This document shows, piece by piece, positions 13,401 through 25,225 of a stretch of DNA of 64,000 nucleotides. The translations under genes and the position numbers were made by a program. Each line of letters opens with the position of its first letter. The stretch's first letter is position 1. The notes beneath the pieces are model-generated. The model made no database searches. It was not told the DNA's origin and was given only the letters and a program-made list of their open reading frames with translations. Origin of the DNA: Mobula hypostoma (Eukaryota). Location of the stretch: positions 6,822,001 to 6,886,000 of the forward strand of contig NC_086101.1 in NCBI RefSeq assembly GCF_963921235.1, read 5' to 3'.

Positions 13401-14100
13401 ATGGTAAGAGGGGAGGAGGAGTTATCCACCAGAGGACAATGGACATAGTAATGATCAATCAAGAGGGCATCATTCTTACCTGAATCATCTCGTTAGGTCT
13501 TGTCGATATCACTTAGACATAAGGATATGGTATTATAGAAACCCCAACAGACAGCAGGAATTAGAATCACAGATATGAGAGAGACTTCAGTTGTTGTAAA
13601 CATAACAAGGTAGATTTTAAATTCATAACATTGATTGGGCCAGTCATAGTGAAAAGGCATGAAGTTAAATTTGTAAAAAGAAAGCTTCCTTCATCAACAT
13701 ACAGAGGACTGTGATTGAGAGGATAAAACACTGGGCCTGTCGGCGAGCACTTTGGCTCCAATAACCAGAATTCTTATAGATTTTAAATAGTTTTAGTGAA
13801 CAATGCAATCCATTAACAAGTTAAGTTCCTGAGCATGACCAGACTAAATTTGTGAGCCAGTAAGCAGGATCTTACAGTGGTTGACTGGGCTTGATTGTTT
13901 ACAGGAAAGATGCCTCTACCAAGTGGGAGGACTTTAAAAGTGCGATGTCAGGAGTTCAGGACCTGCATGTTCCTGTTAGGGCAAAGGAAAAGGCTGGCAG
14001 GTTTCAGGAACCCTGGTTGATGACAGATACTGAGCCCTTGATTGAGAAATGGAAGTCATACACAGCATATAAATGATTTTGAACGAGGTAATCTCTTTAT
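10440..14100 (+). mobile_element. Mosaic of degraded CR1 fragments
   Basis: Remnants of the ORF2 linker, ORF1 esterase (11400-12150), RT 3' end (12330-13320) and endonuclease (13325-14100). Confidence 0.6.
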
Positions 14101-14283
14101 CATATATAGATAGGGTAACTATTGAAACAGTACTCCTACTTGCCCATACAAAAAAAAAATAATGAAATCATTAAATGGGAAGCAACATAAATTCCTGGGT
14201 CATGTCATCAGAAAGGGAGAAATAAAATGCTTAAGTGGGCTGAGTTGTAGCAGATGGAGTTCAACCCGGAGAAATGTGAGGTG

Positions 14284-14417
14284 CAAACACGAGGAAATCT
14301 GCAGATGCTGGAATTTCAAGCAACATACATAAAAGTTGCCGGTGAACGCAGCAGGCCAGGTAGCATCTCTAGGAAGAGGTACAGTCGACGTTTCGGTCCG
14401 AGACCCTTCATCAGGAC
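14284..14417 (-). mobile_element. 134-bp Penelope-derived short element with 11-bp target-site duplication
   Basis: AATGTGAGGTG at 14273..14283 and 14418..14428; removing the insert and one repeat restores the CR1 sequence. Confidence 0.9.
14384..14417 (-). ncRNA. Minimal type I hammerhead ribozyme motif
   Basis: Minus strand reads GUC-CUGAUGA-AGGGUCUCGGACC-GAAA-CG-UC-GAC: both core boxes intact, stem I GUC/GAC, GUC cleavage triplet. Confidence 0.75.
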
Positions 14418-14895
14418 AATGTGAGGTGGTACACTTTGGAAGGACAAACTCCAAGTCACAGTACAAAGTAAATGTCAGGATACTTGGTAGTGGCAGGATA
14501 CTTAGTAGTGTGGAGAAGCAGAGGGATCTGGGGGTACATGTCCACAGATCCCTGAAAGTTGCTTCACAGGTAGATAGGGTAGTTAAGAAAGCTTATGGGG
14601 TGTTAGCTTTCATAAGTCGAGGGATAGAGTTTAAGAGTCGCGAGGTAATGATGCAACTCTATAAAACTCTGGTTAGGCCATACTTGGAGTACTGTGTCCA
14701 GTTCTGGTCACCTCACTGTAGGAAGGATGTGGAAGCATTGGAAAGGGTACCGAGGAGATTTACCAAAATGCTGCCTGCTTTACAGAGTATGGATTATGAT
14801 CGGAGATTAAGGGAGCTAGGGCTTTACTCTTTGGAGAGAAGGAGGATGAGAGGAGACATGATAGAGCTATAGAAGATATTAAGAAGATTAGATAG

Positions 14896-15308
14896 AACAT
14901 AGAACATAGAACATAGAATAGTACAGCACAGTACAGGCCCTTCGGTCCACAATGTTGTGCCAACCCTCAAACCCTGCCTCCCATATATGCCCCCACCTTA
15001 GATTCCTCCATATACCTGTCTAGTCGTCTCTTAAACTTCACTAGTGTATCTGCCTCCACCACTGACTCAGGCAGTGTATTCCACGCACCAACCACTCTCT
15101 GAGTAAAAAAAACTTCCTCTAATATCCCCCTTGAACTTCCCACCCCTTACCTTAAAGCCATGTCCTCTTGTATTGAGTAGTTGTGCCCTGGGGAAGAGGC
15201 GCTGGCTATCCACTCTATCTATTCCTCTTATTATCTTGTACACCTCTATCATGTCTCCTCTCATCCTCCTTCTCTCCAAAGAGTAAAGCCCTAGCTCCCT
15301 TAATCTCT
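14896..15308 (-). mobile_element. CR1 3' fragment inserted in reverse into a same-family CR1
   Basis: (CATAGAA)n tail at the left; minus-strand ORF RLRELGLYSLERRRMRGDMIEVYKIIRG. Confidence 0.9.
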
Positions 15309-15829
15309 GAGTGGATAGCTGGTGCCTCTTCCCCATGGCATCACTGCTCAATACAAGAGGACATGGTTTTACGGTAAGGGGTGGAAGTTCAAGGGGGATA
15401 TTAGAGGAAGGTTTTCGACTCAGAAAGTGGTTGGAGCGTGGAATGCACTGCCTGAGTCAGTGGTGGAGGCAGCTACTCTAGTGAAATTTAAGAGACTACT
15501 AGACAGGTATATGGAGGAATTTAAGGTGGGGGTTATATGGGAGGCAGGGTTTGAGGGTTGGCACAATGTGGGCCAAAGGGCCTGTACTGTGCTGTACTAT
15601 TCTATGTTCTAAGTTCTATGTTCTAACATTACAAGACCATATGCCTGGGAAACGCAGAAGTGGAAGTTAAAGAAGAAAATATATGGACACTGAGAATCAA
15701 CTAACAGATCTAGTGTGTGAGATATCATTGACGCTGCGTGGGATCGTTCAATGTGGAAAGCCATGGTCGTCCAAGTGTGTAACACGCAGGGCACATGAAG
15801 AGAGAGAGAATCTCTTTATATCTACAAAC

Positions 15830-16800
15830 GTACAAATGTATTAAAGTTAGGACGGTAAAAGTTGGATATGAGAAGGATCTGACAGGCAAGACGGGACAAA
15901 CGCCCAAGAGATTCTATAGGTATATGAAGAGTTAAAGGGATGTTGGGGAGATACAACGTGCAGTTAAAGATGATTATGGCCACTTGTGTGTGCAACAAAG
16001 GGAATAGAAAGGTTTTTTATGAATCTTCATTTATAATCTCTTTATTTTTATTTTGTAGAAACTGATGGAAGTGAAGTCATTGCAGGAAATGAGTGGTGAT
16101 GTGTTAACCACATATGAATTATCAGGGAGGAGGTGTTACAGCCTTACAGTGTATTGAGTTTGTTAATTCCCCTAGGCCTGACGCCGTGGGCTCAATGGGA
16201 AATCAACGATTATTTTTTCAGAGGACCTTGGGAGGTTTTTGCTTCATACCTGCCCACATATGAGGTTTTGGATAACTGCAGAGTGCCTAACTTGCTACTG
16301 CTGTTTAAAATGGGAAGCAAAAATAGAGCAGAAAACTATCAGCCAATGCGTCAGTCAGTCATGTCTTAGATTATTTCAGGAGGCAACAGGGATTGTAAGT
16401 GAAGATAACATGGTGCATGTTCTCTGTATGGATTTTAGCAAGGCCTTTAACAAAGCATCTCTTGGCAGATTAGTTTTAGAGGTTAGATTGCATGCAATCC
16501 AGAGGGAGGGAGCAGAGTGGATTCATAATTACTCAGTGATAGAAGCAGATGATATGTTGTTTCTCAGGCTGGAAAGTATTTTTTGTGATTTGTCACTGTG
16601 GTCAGTTCCGGGACATAGGTTGTTTGAAATTTATATGAAAGTATATATCTCAAATGCCACTAAAGTAGGTGGTGCTGCAAATAGTTCAGAGGGGATTATC
16701 TAGCAAAGTGGACTGAAGATTGGCAAATGGCCTACAAATCGGATAAATTTGCAGAATTGCATTTTGATGCTGTGAAGTCTGGTGCACTGGGGATTCTAAT
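15830..16800 (+). mobile_element. Degraded CR1 ORF2 fragment
   Basis: ENYQP and MDFSKAFNK motifs in ORFs 16133 and 16239. Confidence 0.75.
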
Positions 16801-17139
16801 GGAACAGGATTAGATGAAAGCATAGTTGTTATCCCAGGAAGTAATGATTAAAAACAAGAGAACATTGGTTTAACAACAGAAGTGAGAGATTTTAAATGTT
16901 AAGAGTTGAGAAATTTAATTGGATTGCCTTTGTGCATAAGGATTGGAGGTAGACTTTTTAAAAAGCATCCGAGACAGCTTTCTTTACCAGTACATGGATA
17001 GTATCACTGACATTGGCAAAACATCAATGGATCAGAACATTGGAACTCGTCAACACAGAACACAGGATGTTTCAAATCAATTCTGGGATAAGCAGATAGG
17101 GAGTTCAATTATTACAGTTAATCATAATTTTGGATAAGT

Positions 17140-17584
17140 CTCTATTAGCTTTGCATGACGTGATGACTCAAGACTTGCCCATTCCTCCTTGCTAAATTTT
17201 TCAAGCTGTACCCGGTTAGTTGTTCAGCAATCCTGTGGTGTTGCCTTACATGTTTGATTGGGTTAGTGCCAGGAAGATGACTGGGCTGTTCACTGACATC
17301 AATTTTCTTCATTTGAAGCCACTCCATGTCTGCTTTTGCAATGAGCTTTGCGGTGTTCTCCGGATGAATGTCAAACTTCCTCTCCAGTGCAAGCTTTCGA
17401 GCAGAATTTTATCCAGGTTCCCTCTGTATTTAGCAGTATTCATGTTCCCATCAATTCTCAAAAGATTTCCTTTTCCTGCAGTTGAAATAAATTCCAAAAC
17501 TTGAGTTACCACTACAAAATTTTGCAGCGGGAACGGTATTACCTGGCTGACATACAGCATCAGTTTAACAGCACACATACTGTG
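17140..17584 (-). mobile_element. Tc1/mariner transposase relic (DDE region)
   Basis: GKGNLLRIDGNMNTAKYR and EWLQMKKIDVSEQPSHLPGTNPIKH resemble the Tc1 motifs GRLVRIEGKMNAAKY and WPSQSPDLNPIE; frameshifted. Confidence 0.75.
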
Positions 17585-20500
17585 GAAAGCGGCCAGTGAG
17601 TGAGTGGGCCAGTGAAGGAGTGGAGCTTTGACGCTTTGAGCCGAGAGGCTTCGACGACAAGAGGCGGAGGACAAGCTTGCTCGCTGTTAATCATTACAAT
17701 ACCTCCTGAGACGGTGATGTGCCTCTCATGTGAGATGTGGCAGTTTTGCGGGAACGCCCCTCTCCCGCAGAGTGACATCTGCCAGAAGTGCATGCGGCTG
17801 GGCGATCTCGAAGACCATGTAAGGAATGTGGAGCAGCAACTGGATGACCTTTGACTTGTAAGGGAAAATGAGGCAGTCATAGATAAGAGCTACAGGGAGG
17901 TGGGCACACCTAGGCTGTCGGAAGTAGGTCGTTGGGTGACAGTCAGAGGGGGGAAAGTGAAGGAGAGCAGACAGGTAGTGCAGAGCACCCCCGTAGCCAT
18001 TCTCCTGAATAATAAGTTTACCGCCCAGGATACTGTTGGCGGGGACGACCGACCAGGTGTAAGCCACGGTGGCAGGACCTCCGGCACCGAGTCTGACACG
18101 GTGGTGCAGACGGGTGGGACGGAGAAGAGGACAGCTTTTGTCATTGGAGATTCTATAGTCAGGGCAGCAGACAGGAGATTTTGTGGACGTGAGAAGGACA
18201 CCCGCATGATTTATTCCCTCCCAGGTGCCTGGGTCTGGAAGATCTCTGACCAGGTGCATGACATCCTGGTATGAGAGGGAAAGCAACCAGACGTCATGAT
18301 ACATGTTGGTACCAACGACATAGGCAGGAAGAGGGATGAGGCCCTGAAGTGTGAGTTTCGGGAGCTAGGCAGAAGGCTGAAGAACAGGACCTCAAGGGTG
18401 GCGTTTTCAGGATTGCGGCCAGTGCTACGTGACAGTGATGGTAAGAATCGGAGGAGATGGCAGTTGAATGTGTGGCTGAGAAGTTGGTTCAGGGAGCAGG
18501 GTTTTAGATTTTTGGATCATTGGGATCTCTTCTGGGGAAGGTGGGGCCTGTACAGATTGGATGGGTTGCACCTGAACTCGAGAGGGAGCAATATCCTTGC
18601 AGGTAGGTTGTTAGCATGCTTCAGAAGGGTTTAAACTAATTTGCAAGGGGGATGAGACCCAGAGCGATAGAGCAGTGAAAGAAGTGCATGGAGTAAATCC
18701 AGATCTAACATATAGAGAGGCTTTAAGGAAAGAGAAGCAGAATAAACGGTGTAAAGACAGTGAGGTAGAAGGGCTGAGATGTGTGTACCTCAATGCAAGA
18801 AGCATCAGGAACAAATGTGATGACCTGGGAGCTTGGATACATACATGGAATTATTATGTAGTGGCCATTACAGAGACTTGGCTGGCACCAGGGCAGGAAT
18901 GGATTCTCAATATTCCTGGATTTCAGTGCTTTAAAAGGGATAGAGAGGGGGAAAAAGTGGAGGAGGGGTGGCATTACTGGTCAGGGATACAATTACAGCT
19001 ACAGAAAGCGTGGGTAATGTAGCAGGATCCTCTTTTGAGTCAGTATGGGTGGAAGTCAGGAACAGGAAGGGAGCAGTGACTCTCTTGGGGGTACTCTATA
19101 GGGCCCCTGGTAGCAGTAGAGATGCAGAGGAGCAGATTGGGAGGCAGATTTTGGAAAGATGCAAAAATACTAGGGTTGTTATCTTGGGTGACTTTAACTT
19201 CCCTAATATTGATTGGCACCTGATTAGTTCCAAGGGTTTAGATGGGGCAGAGTCTGTTAAGTGTGTCCAGGACGGATTCCTGTCACGGTACGTGGACAGG
19301 GCGAGCAGGGGGAATGCCATACAAGATCTAGCACTAGGTAATGAACCAGGTCAGGTCACAGATCTCTCAGTAGGTGAGCATCTGGGGGACAGTGACCACT
19401 GCTCACTGGCGTTTAGCATTATCATGAAAAAGGATAGAATCAGAGAGGACAGGAAAATTTTTAATTGGGGAAGGGCAGATTATGAGGCTATAGGGCTAGA
19501 AATTGCGGGTGTGAATTGGGGTGATGTTTTTGCAGGGAAATGCACTATGGACATGTGGTCGATGTTTAGACATCTCTTGCAGGACGTTAGGGATAAATTT
19601 GTCCCGGTGAGGAATATAAAGAATGGTAGGATGAAGGAAACATGGGTGACAAGTGAGGTGGAAAATCTAGTCAGGTGGAAGAAGGCAGCATACATGAGGT
19701 TTAGGACGCAAGGATCAGATGGATCTATTGAGGAATATGGGAAAGCAAGAAAAGAGCTTAAGAAGGGGCTGAGGAGAGTAAGAAGGGGGCATGAGAAGGC
19801 CTTGGCAAGAGGGTAAAGGAAAACCCCAAGGCATTCTTCAATTATGTTTAGAAGAAAAGGATGGCAGGAGTGAAGGTAGGACCGATTAGAGATAGAGGTG
19901 GGAAGATGTGCTTGGAGGCTGTGGAAGTGAGCAAGGTCCTCAGTGAATACTTCTCTTCGGTATTCACCAATGAGGGGGAACCTGATGATGGTGAGGACAA
20001 TATGAGGGAGGTTGATGTTCTGGAGCATGTTGATATTAAGGGAGATGAGGTATTGGAGTTGTTAAAATACATTAGGACGGATAGGTCCCCAGGGCGTGAT
20101 GGAATAGTCCTTAGGCTGCTCCACAAGGTGAGGGAAGAAATTGCTGAGGCTCTGGCTAGTATCTTTATGTCCTCGTTGTCCATGGGGATGGTACTGGAGG
20201 ATTGGAGGGAGGCAAATGTCCCCTTGTTCAAAAAAGGTAGTAGGGATAGTCCGGGTAATTATAGACCAGTGAGCCTTACGTCCGTGGTGGGAAAGCTGTT
20301 GGAAAAGATTCTTAGAGATAGGATTTAGGGCATTTAGAGAATCATGGTCTGATCATTGACAGTCAGCGTGGGTTTGTGAAGGGCAGATCGTGTCTAACAA
20401 GCCTGATAGAGTTCTTTGAGGAGGTGACCAGGCATATCGATGTGGGTAGTGCAGTGGATGTGATCTATATGGATTTTAGTAAGGCATTTGACAAGGTTCC

Positions 20501-21618
20501 ACGGGGTAGGCTTATTCAGAAAGTCAGAAGGCATGGGATCCATGGACGTTTGGCCAGGTGGATTCAGAATTGGCTTGCCTGCAGAACGCAGAGGGTGGTG
20601 GTGGAGAGAGTACATTCAGATTGGAGGATTGTGACGAGTAGTGTCTCACAAGGATCTGTTCTGGGACCTCTTATTTTTGTGATTTTTATTAACGACCTGG
20701 ATGTTGGGGTAGAAGGGTGGGTTGGCAAGTTTGAAGACGACACAAAGGTTGGTGGTGTTGTAGGTAGTGTAGAGGACTGTCAAAGATTGCAGAGAGACAT
20801 TGATAGGATGCAGAATTGGACGGAGAAGTGGCAGATGTAGCTCAACCCGGAGAAAAGTGAGGTGGTACACTTTGGAAGGACAAACTCCAAGGCAGAGTTC
20901 AAAGTAAATGGCAGGATACTTGGTGGTGTGGAGGAGCAGAGGGATCTGGGGGTACATGTCCACAGATCCCTGACAGTTGCCTCACAGTTGGATAGGGTCG
21001 TTAAGAAAGATTATGGGATGTTAGCTTTCATAAGCTGAGGGATAGAGTTTAAGAGTCGCGATGTAATGATGCAGATCAATAAAACTCTGTTTAGGCCACA
21101 CTTGGAGTACTGTGTCCAGTTCAGGTTGCCTCACTATAGGAAGGATGTGGAAGCATTGGAAATGGTACAGAGGATATTTACCAGGATGCTGCCTGGTTTA
21201 GAAAGTATGCATTATGATCAGAGATTAAGGGAGCTAGGGCTTTACCCTTTGGAGAGGCGGAGGATGAGAGGAGACATAATAAAGGTATACAAGATAATAA
21301 GAGGAATAGATAGAGTGGATAGCCAGTGCCTCTTTCCCAGGGCACCACTGCTCAATACAAGAGGACATGGCTTTAAGGTAAGGGGTAGGAAGTTCAAGGG
21401 GGATATTAGAGGGAGGATTTTTACTCAGAGAGTGGTTGGTGAAGGAAATGCACTGGCTGAGTCATGGGTGGAGGCAGATACACTACTGAAGTTCAAGTTT
21501 AAGGGACAGGTATATGGAGGAATTTAAGGTGGGGGCTTATATGGGAGGCAGGTTTTGAGGGTCTGCACAACATTGTGGGCCGAAGGGCCTGTACTGTGCT
21601 GTACTATTCTATGTTCTA
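17585..21618 (+). mobile_element. Near full-length CR1 LINE, inactivated (ORF1 zinc finger + SGNH esterase; ORF2 APE endonuclease + RT)
   Basis: CLSCEMW..CQKC; VIGDS, HVGTND, DGLH; YLNARS, AITETW, GDFN, SDH; NYRPVSLTS, DFSKAFDKV, QGSVLGP, FEDD; several stops and frameshifts; CTATTCTATGTTCTA tail. Confidence 0.95.
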
Positions 21619-21619
21619 C

Positions 21620-21950
21620 TGAAGCAGCAAGTAAGGACAGAGTCTATGGAGGGGAGGCTGTTTTCTGTGACGTGCTGAACTGTGTCCACAGCTTTCTGCA
21701 GTTTCTTGCCGTCACATGCAGAGCAGTTGCCAATTGAAATGGTTGTGTATGCAGACATAATGCTTTCTATGGTGCAATGATAAAAACAGGTAACAATCGA
21801 TGAGGCCATGCCCAATGTTGCTGGCCTCCTGAGGAAATATAGATGTTGCTGAGCGTTCTTGTCAGGGCATCAATGTAGATGAATCAGGACAGGCTGGTGA
21901 TGTTCACACTTGGATCACAAAGCTCTCTACCCTCTCAACCCCAATAACAC
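21620..21950 (-). mobile_element. Rex1/Babar-like LINE fragment
   Basis: FYHCTIESIMSAYTTISIGNCSACDGKKLQKAV. Confidence 0.75.
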
Positions 21951-22194
21951 TGATTATTTCCGCTTTTTATTTCAGGATTAAACTTTATGCATTAAAAGTT
22001 ATGATAAAAGTAAAACAGTGCACGATTGTATATTTATGATATCACCCTGTCTGTACATTCAGAATGCCGTTAGGTCTGTGGTGTCATCACTAATAGAGCC
22101 CATGTACAAAGTACCAATATCAGTCATGTTTCCTCTTTGAACAATATACCCTTCAATTGTTTGCCCAGCAGCAGTGAGATCTCAGTGGGTAGGC

Positions 22195-23047
22195 ACAGCT
22201 CAAACACAAATTTGCCGATGATAGAGCTGTTTTTGGCAGAACCTTAGATGGTGAAGCGGAGGCCTACAGGAGTGAGATGGATCAGCTGGTTCAGTGGGGT
22301 AGCAACAGCAGTCTTACACTGAATGTCAGTAAGACCAAGGAATTGATTGTGTACTTCAGGAAGGGAAAGTCATGGAAACACACACCAGTACTCATTGAGA
22401 GATCAGCAATAGGAAGAGTGAGCAGTTTCCAGTTCCTGGGTAACAACATCTGTGAAAATTTTTCTTGGACCAACATATTGATGCAATTATGCAGGAGGCA
22501 TGCCAGCAATTATATTTCATCAGGAGTTGGAGGCGATTTGCTTTGCAATCAGAAACCTGACAAATTTCGACAGATACCTGACTGGTTGCACTACCACCTG
22601 GTATGAAGGCTCCGGTGCCTAGGATCAGAAAACACTGCAGAGGGTTGTAAGCTCAGCCAGCCCCATCAAGGACATGAGTCTCCCCACCAGAGAATACACC
22701 TTCAACAGGTGATGTCACAAGAAGGCGGTGTCCATCTTGGAAGACCCTCACCATCCAGGACATGCAGTCTTCTCATTACTACCATCAGGAGGAGCTACAG
22801 GTGCCTGAAGACACACACTCAATGTTTTAGCAATCGCTTCTTCTCTGCCATGAAATTCCTGAACAGTCCATGAACTCATGAACACTACTTCACTGTTTTT
22901 CTTGATTTTGCAATACTTATTTACTTTTATTTTTATTATATTTCATATACCTCAATGATTTCTCTGTATGTCTCTGTATTACTGTACTGTGGCAGCAAAG
23001 CAACATAATTCACAACATGTTCATGATAATAAACCTGATTCTAATTC
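22195..23047 (+). mobile_element. Rex1/Babar-like LINE 3' fragment
   Basis: LTLNVSKTKELIVYFRK...VSSFQFLG; tail AATAAACCTGATTCTAATTC. Confidence 0.8.
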
Positions 23048-24639
23048 CTGCATATCCTGCACCTGTAAACATATCCCTTTTGATCAGGGCTTCCCCTGCC
23101 TCCCCCCCCCCCCCCCAGTGGACACAGGCCCACATTTTCTGGAGAAACACCTGTGGAAGGGAAAGGTTCCTCCCACCACGCCCCCAATCCCTGATGCTGT
23201 TCGACCCTATGACTATAGCTCAACACATACAAATTACTATCAATTGTTCCAATTATCTCGGCAAAACCCCGGCAAATTCTTGCCTGTTTCCCAACAAAGT
23301 CCGAGGACAGACTTGATCAGGCCCCAGGAGTTTTTCCAGCTTTATGTGTTTAAGACTTCCAGCATCTCCTCATTTGTAATTTTTCAGGACAATAGCTTTT
23401 ATTCTCTTCCCGACGTTCACCAGCTTCCATTCCCTTCTCCACAGTAAAGTCAAGACGTCAAGACGAGGGGAAACAGTCCTCACTCATTCTTTGCTCAACG
23501 CACAGGCACGGAGCAAGAAAGGGACCTTTTATCTCCTTATTTCTCATCAGATCAATTGTCAGACTGAACTGAGGAAGGATGGAAAAGTCCAGGGAGTAAA
23601 TGGATGTGTAGAACAGGAGGGTGTTCCCAAGTAATGGAAATCCAGTGAGTGAGGACATTTATCAGAGTTTGGAAGGTTCAGTATCTGCATGTTCCTGTTA
23701 GAGTGAAGGGCAACGCTGATGGGATGAGGGAATCCTGGCGGATGAGGGTTATTGAGGATCTAATCAGGAAAATGATGGAGTTCTTTGTCAGGTGAAAGTA
23801 ACTGGGATGAAGTGATTCCCTTGAGGAATAGAAGGAAAATAGGAGTACATTGAAGGGGGAAATCAGGAGGGCATAAAGAAGGGATGAGATAACTTTAACT
23901 GATTCTATGAATCTGTTGGGAAAAATTAGTAACTAGTGAGGGAATATATTCCTTGAGGGATCCGTGTGCTCATCTATGTGTGGAGATACAGCAGATGGGT
24001 GAGGTCTGAAATAAATACTTGTTATCTATGGAGAAGGTCATTTGAAACTGGGGAATTCAGTGAGGAGAACAGTAATGTCCTGAAACGTAACATCCTGATT
24101 CAACTTTGACCCTCCCACTTTAAAGTCTTATCCTCTACACAGTGCCCTCAGAGAGATTACACTGCTAGGTGTGTCTTAAAATCAGAAGAATAAGAGGTGG
24201 TCTGACTGAGACAGACACAGTCTCACAGGGTATTGACAGAGCAGAGGCAGAAATGATGTTTCACCTGGCTGATGTGTGGAATCAGAGTTCACAGGCTAAG
24301 AAGTTGCCTCTGCAGGACTGAGATGAGAAACTTCCTCACCTAGAATGCAGTGAAATTTTGGAATTCCCTCCACAAGGTTTCTGGAGTTTTGGGGCTCCGT
24401 GATGATGGGGATGGCGCAGGAAAGTGGCTCTGAGGTCAAAGGTCAGTCACATTCTGACTGAAGGACAAGGCAGGCACAAGGGGCCAAATGGCCTTATCTG
24501 CTGCTATTTCTTAACTTCTTATTACACATATCTACATTTGCATCTTTTAATATTTTGGCCTTCGGTCTGTTGGATTACACAGGGGTAACCAATGCACTGT
24601 GTTTAGAACATCCTCCGTACCCCATGTTCACTGTGTTCA

Positions 24640-25225
24640 GTCCAAAGTTCAAAGTAAATTTATTATCAAACGACATATATGTCACCATATACACACCTGA
24701 GATTCATTTTAAAGTGGGCATAGCCAATTAATCCAACAATCTCAATAGAATAATTGAAAAACTGAACAAACGGGGCAGACAACCAGCGTGGAAAAGGCAA
24801 CAAACTGCAAATACAAGGAGAGAGAAAAACAAAAAATAGTAATAAACAAACAAACAAACAAACAAACAAATAGATAAGCAAGGAAGCAAGCAATAATATC
24901 AGGAACATGAGATGAGGTGTACTTGAAAGTGAGTCCACAGATTGTGGGAACAGTCAGTGACGGGGCGAGTGAATTTGAAGTTATCTGAACCAGGTCATTT
25001 GAATCCTGATAGCAGCAGTGAGAAGAGAGCATGAGCTGGGTGGTGGAGTGTGCTGCTTTGGTGCAACAATGGTCTGTTTCGATGTGCTCAATGCTGGGGT
25101 ATTCGTGTTTCCATACCAGACTGTGATGCAACCAGTCAATATGCTCTCCACCACACACCTATTTAAATTTGTCAAGGTTTTCGATGTTGTGCTAAATCTT
25201 CGTTACCCCCGGAGGAAGCAGTAGT
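24640..25225 (-). mobile_element. Rex1/Babar-like LINE 3' fragment
   Basis: RCVVESILTGCITVWYGN; tail CAAAGTTCAAAGTAAATTTATT. Confidence 0.8.

Larger units (their letters stand above)
14235..15623 (+). mobile_element. 5'-truncated CR1 (RT C-terminus and 3' UTR) carrying two nested insertions
   Basis: LVRPYLEYCVQFWSPH, LERRRMRGDMIE; (TTCTATG)n-type tail; flanked by TAA. Confidence 0.9.
14110..15810 (+). mobile_element. RTE-like LINE 3' fragment split by a CR1 insertion (pieces ~14110..14234 and ~15627..15810)
   Basis: Rejoined pieces read KFLGHVIRKGEIKCL|TLQDHMPGKRRSG and later AAWDRSMWKAMVVQVCNTQGT*, a typical RTE C-terminus. Confidence 0.7.
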
